Assembly (NCBI GenBank): GCA_002811645.1
Contig: PDIP01000033.1
Location: 62,001 to 126,000, forward strand
Length of the DNA stretch: 64,000 nt
Source of the DNA: Corallochytrium limacisporum Hawaii
Lineage: Eukaryota; Protista; Pluriformea
Direction: 5' to 3'
Part shown: positions 63,769 to 64,000 of the stretch, piece by piece
Layout of the letters: each line of letters opens with the position of its first letter
Position numbering within the stretch: position 1 is the stretch's first letter
Made by a program: the position numbers and the translations under genes
Notes under the pieces: model-generated
What the model was told of the DNA's origin: nothing
Database searches by the model: none
The model's input: the letters and a program-made list of their open reading frames with translations, nothing else

Positions 63769-64000
63769 TTAAAGATCGATGTCGTCATCGTCCGAGTCAA
63801 TTTCGTCGTGATCATCGGGTACGTAAATGATACGCCCTCCTCCGCTGTCAGACTCCTGGGTTGATGCCGAGGTGGATGAGTCTGCAGCTTTCGCCTGCGA
63901 TTTCATGTATGGCAGGACGGTCTGATCGCGCTGCTGCTTCTCACGTTCACTCAAGGAAAGATTGAACGAGAGTCCTGCTGTCGGATCTGAGTCAGCGCCG
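63769..64000 (-). CDS. ELP5: Elongator complex subunit 5, C-terminal end only (gene continues beyond the window)
   Basis: DPTAGLSFNLSLSEREKQQRDQTVLPY...GRIIYVPDDHDEIDSDDDDIDL matches the ELP5/Iki1 C-terminal signature. Confidence 0.88.
   Translation of the reverse strand, partial: GADSDPTAGLSFNLSLSEREKQQRDQTVLPYMKSQAKAADSSTSASTQESDSGGGRIIYVPDDHDEIDSDDDDIDL

Noticed and set aside
1-64000. CRISPR arrays, tRNA/rRNA, transposases, retroelements and telomeric arrays
   Set aside because: None was recognised by eye; the tandem repeats are coding or simple microsatellites. The contents of the roughly 1.65 kb of N-gaps are unknown.

Overview
Eukaryotic, gene-dense scaffold window with 22 protein-coding genes; the first and last are cut by the window edges. 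None of the coding sequences appears to contain an intron, including the 6.8-kb POLE. Several genes look animal-like (BIG/Sec7 GEF, AMPK alpha, ARMC6, PAAT-like, C6orf136-like). Others are plant/fungal-type metabolic genes missing from animals (fused BioD-BioA, oxalyl-CoA synthetase). Together this suggests an intron-poor unicellular holozoan such as Corallochytrium, which is an inference only. The flanks (1-24.5 kb and 42.9-64 kb) are mostly tightly packed housekeeping genes. Four 3-5 kb low-complexity intergenic deserts, each with an N-gap, lie upstream of minus-strand regulatory genes: AMPK alpha, a Tudor/PWWP/HARE-HTH protein, a P/Q/G-rich disordered protein and a patatin lipase. The most notable candidates are a KASH5/Kms1-like LINC-complex protein, a new chromatin-reader domain architecture, a calnexin with a half-length P-domain, a recurrent promoter motif GCGGGTCTC, and putative introns confined to 5' UTRs. 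No tRNA, rRNA, CRISPR array or transposase was recognised. All family calls come from motif recognition by eye, not database searches.
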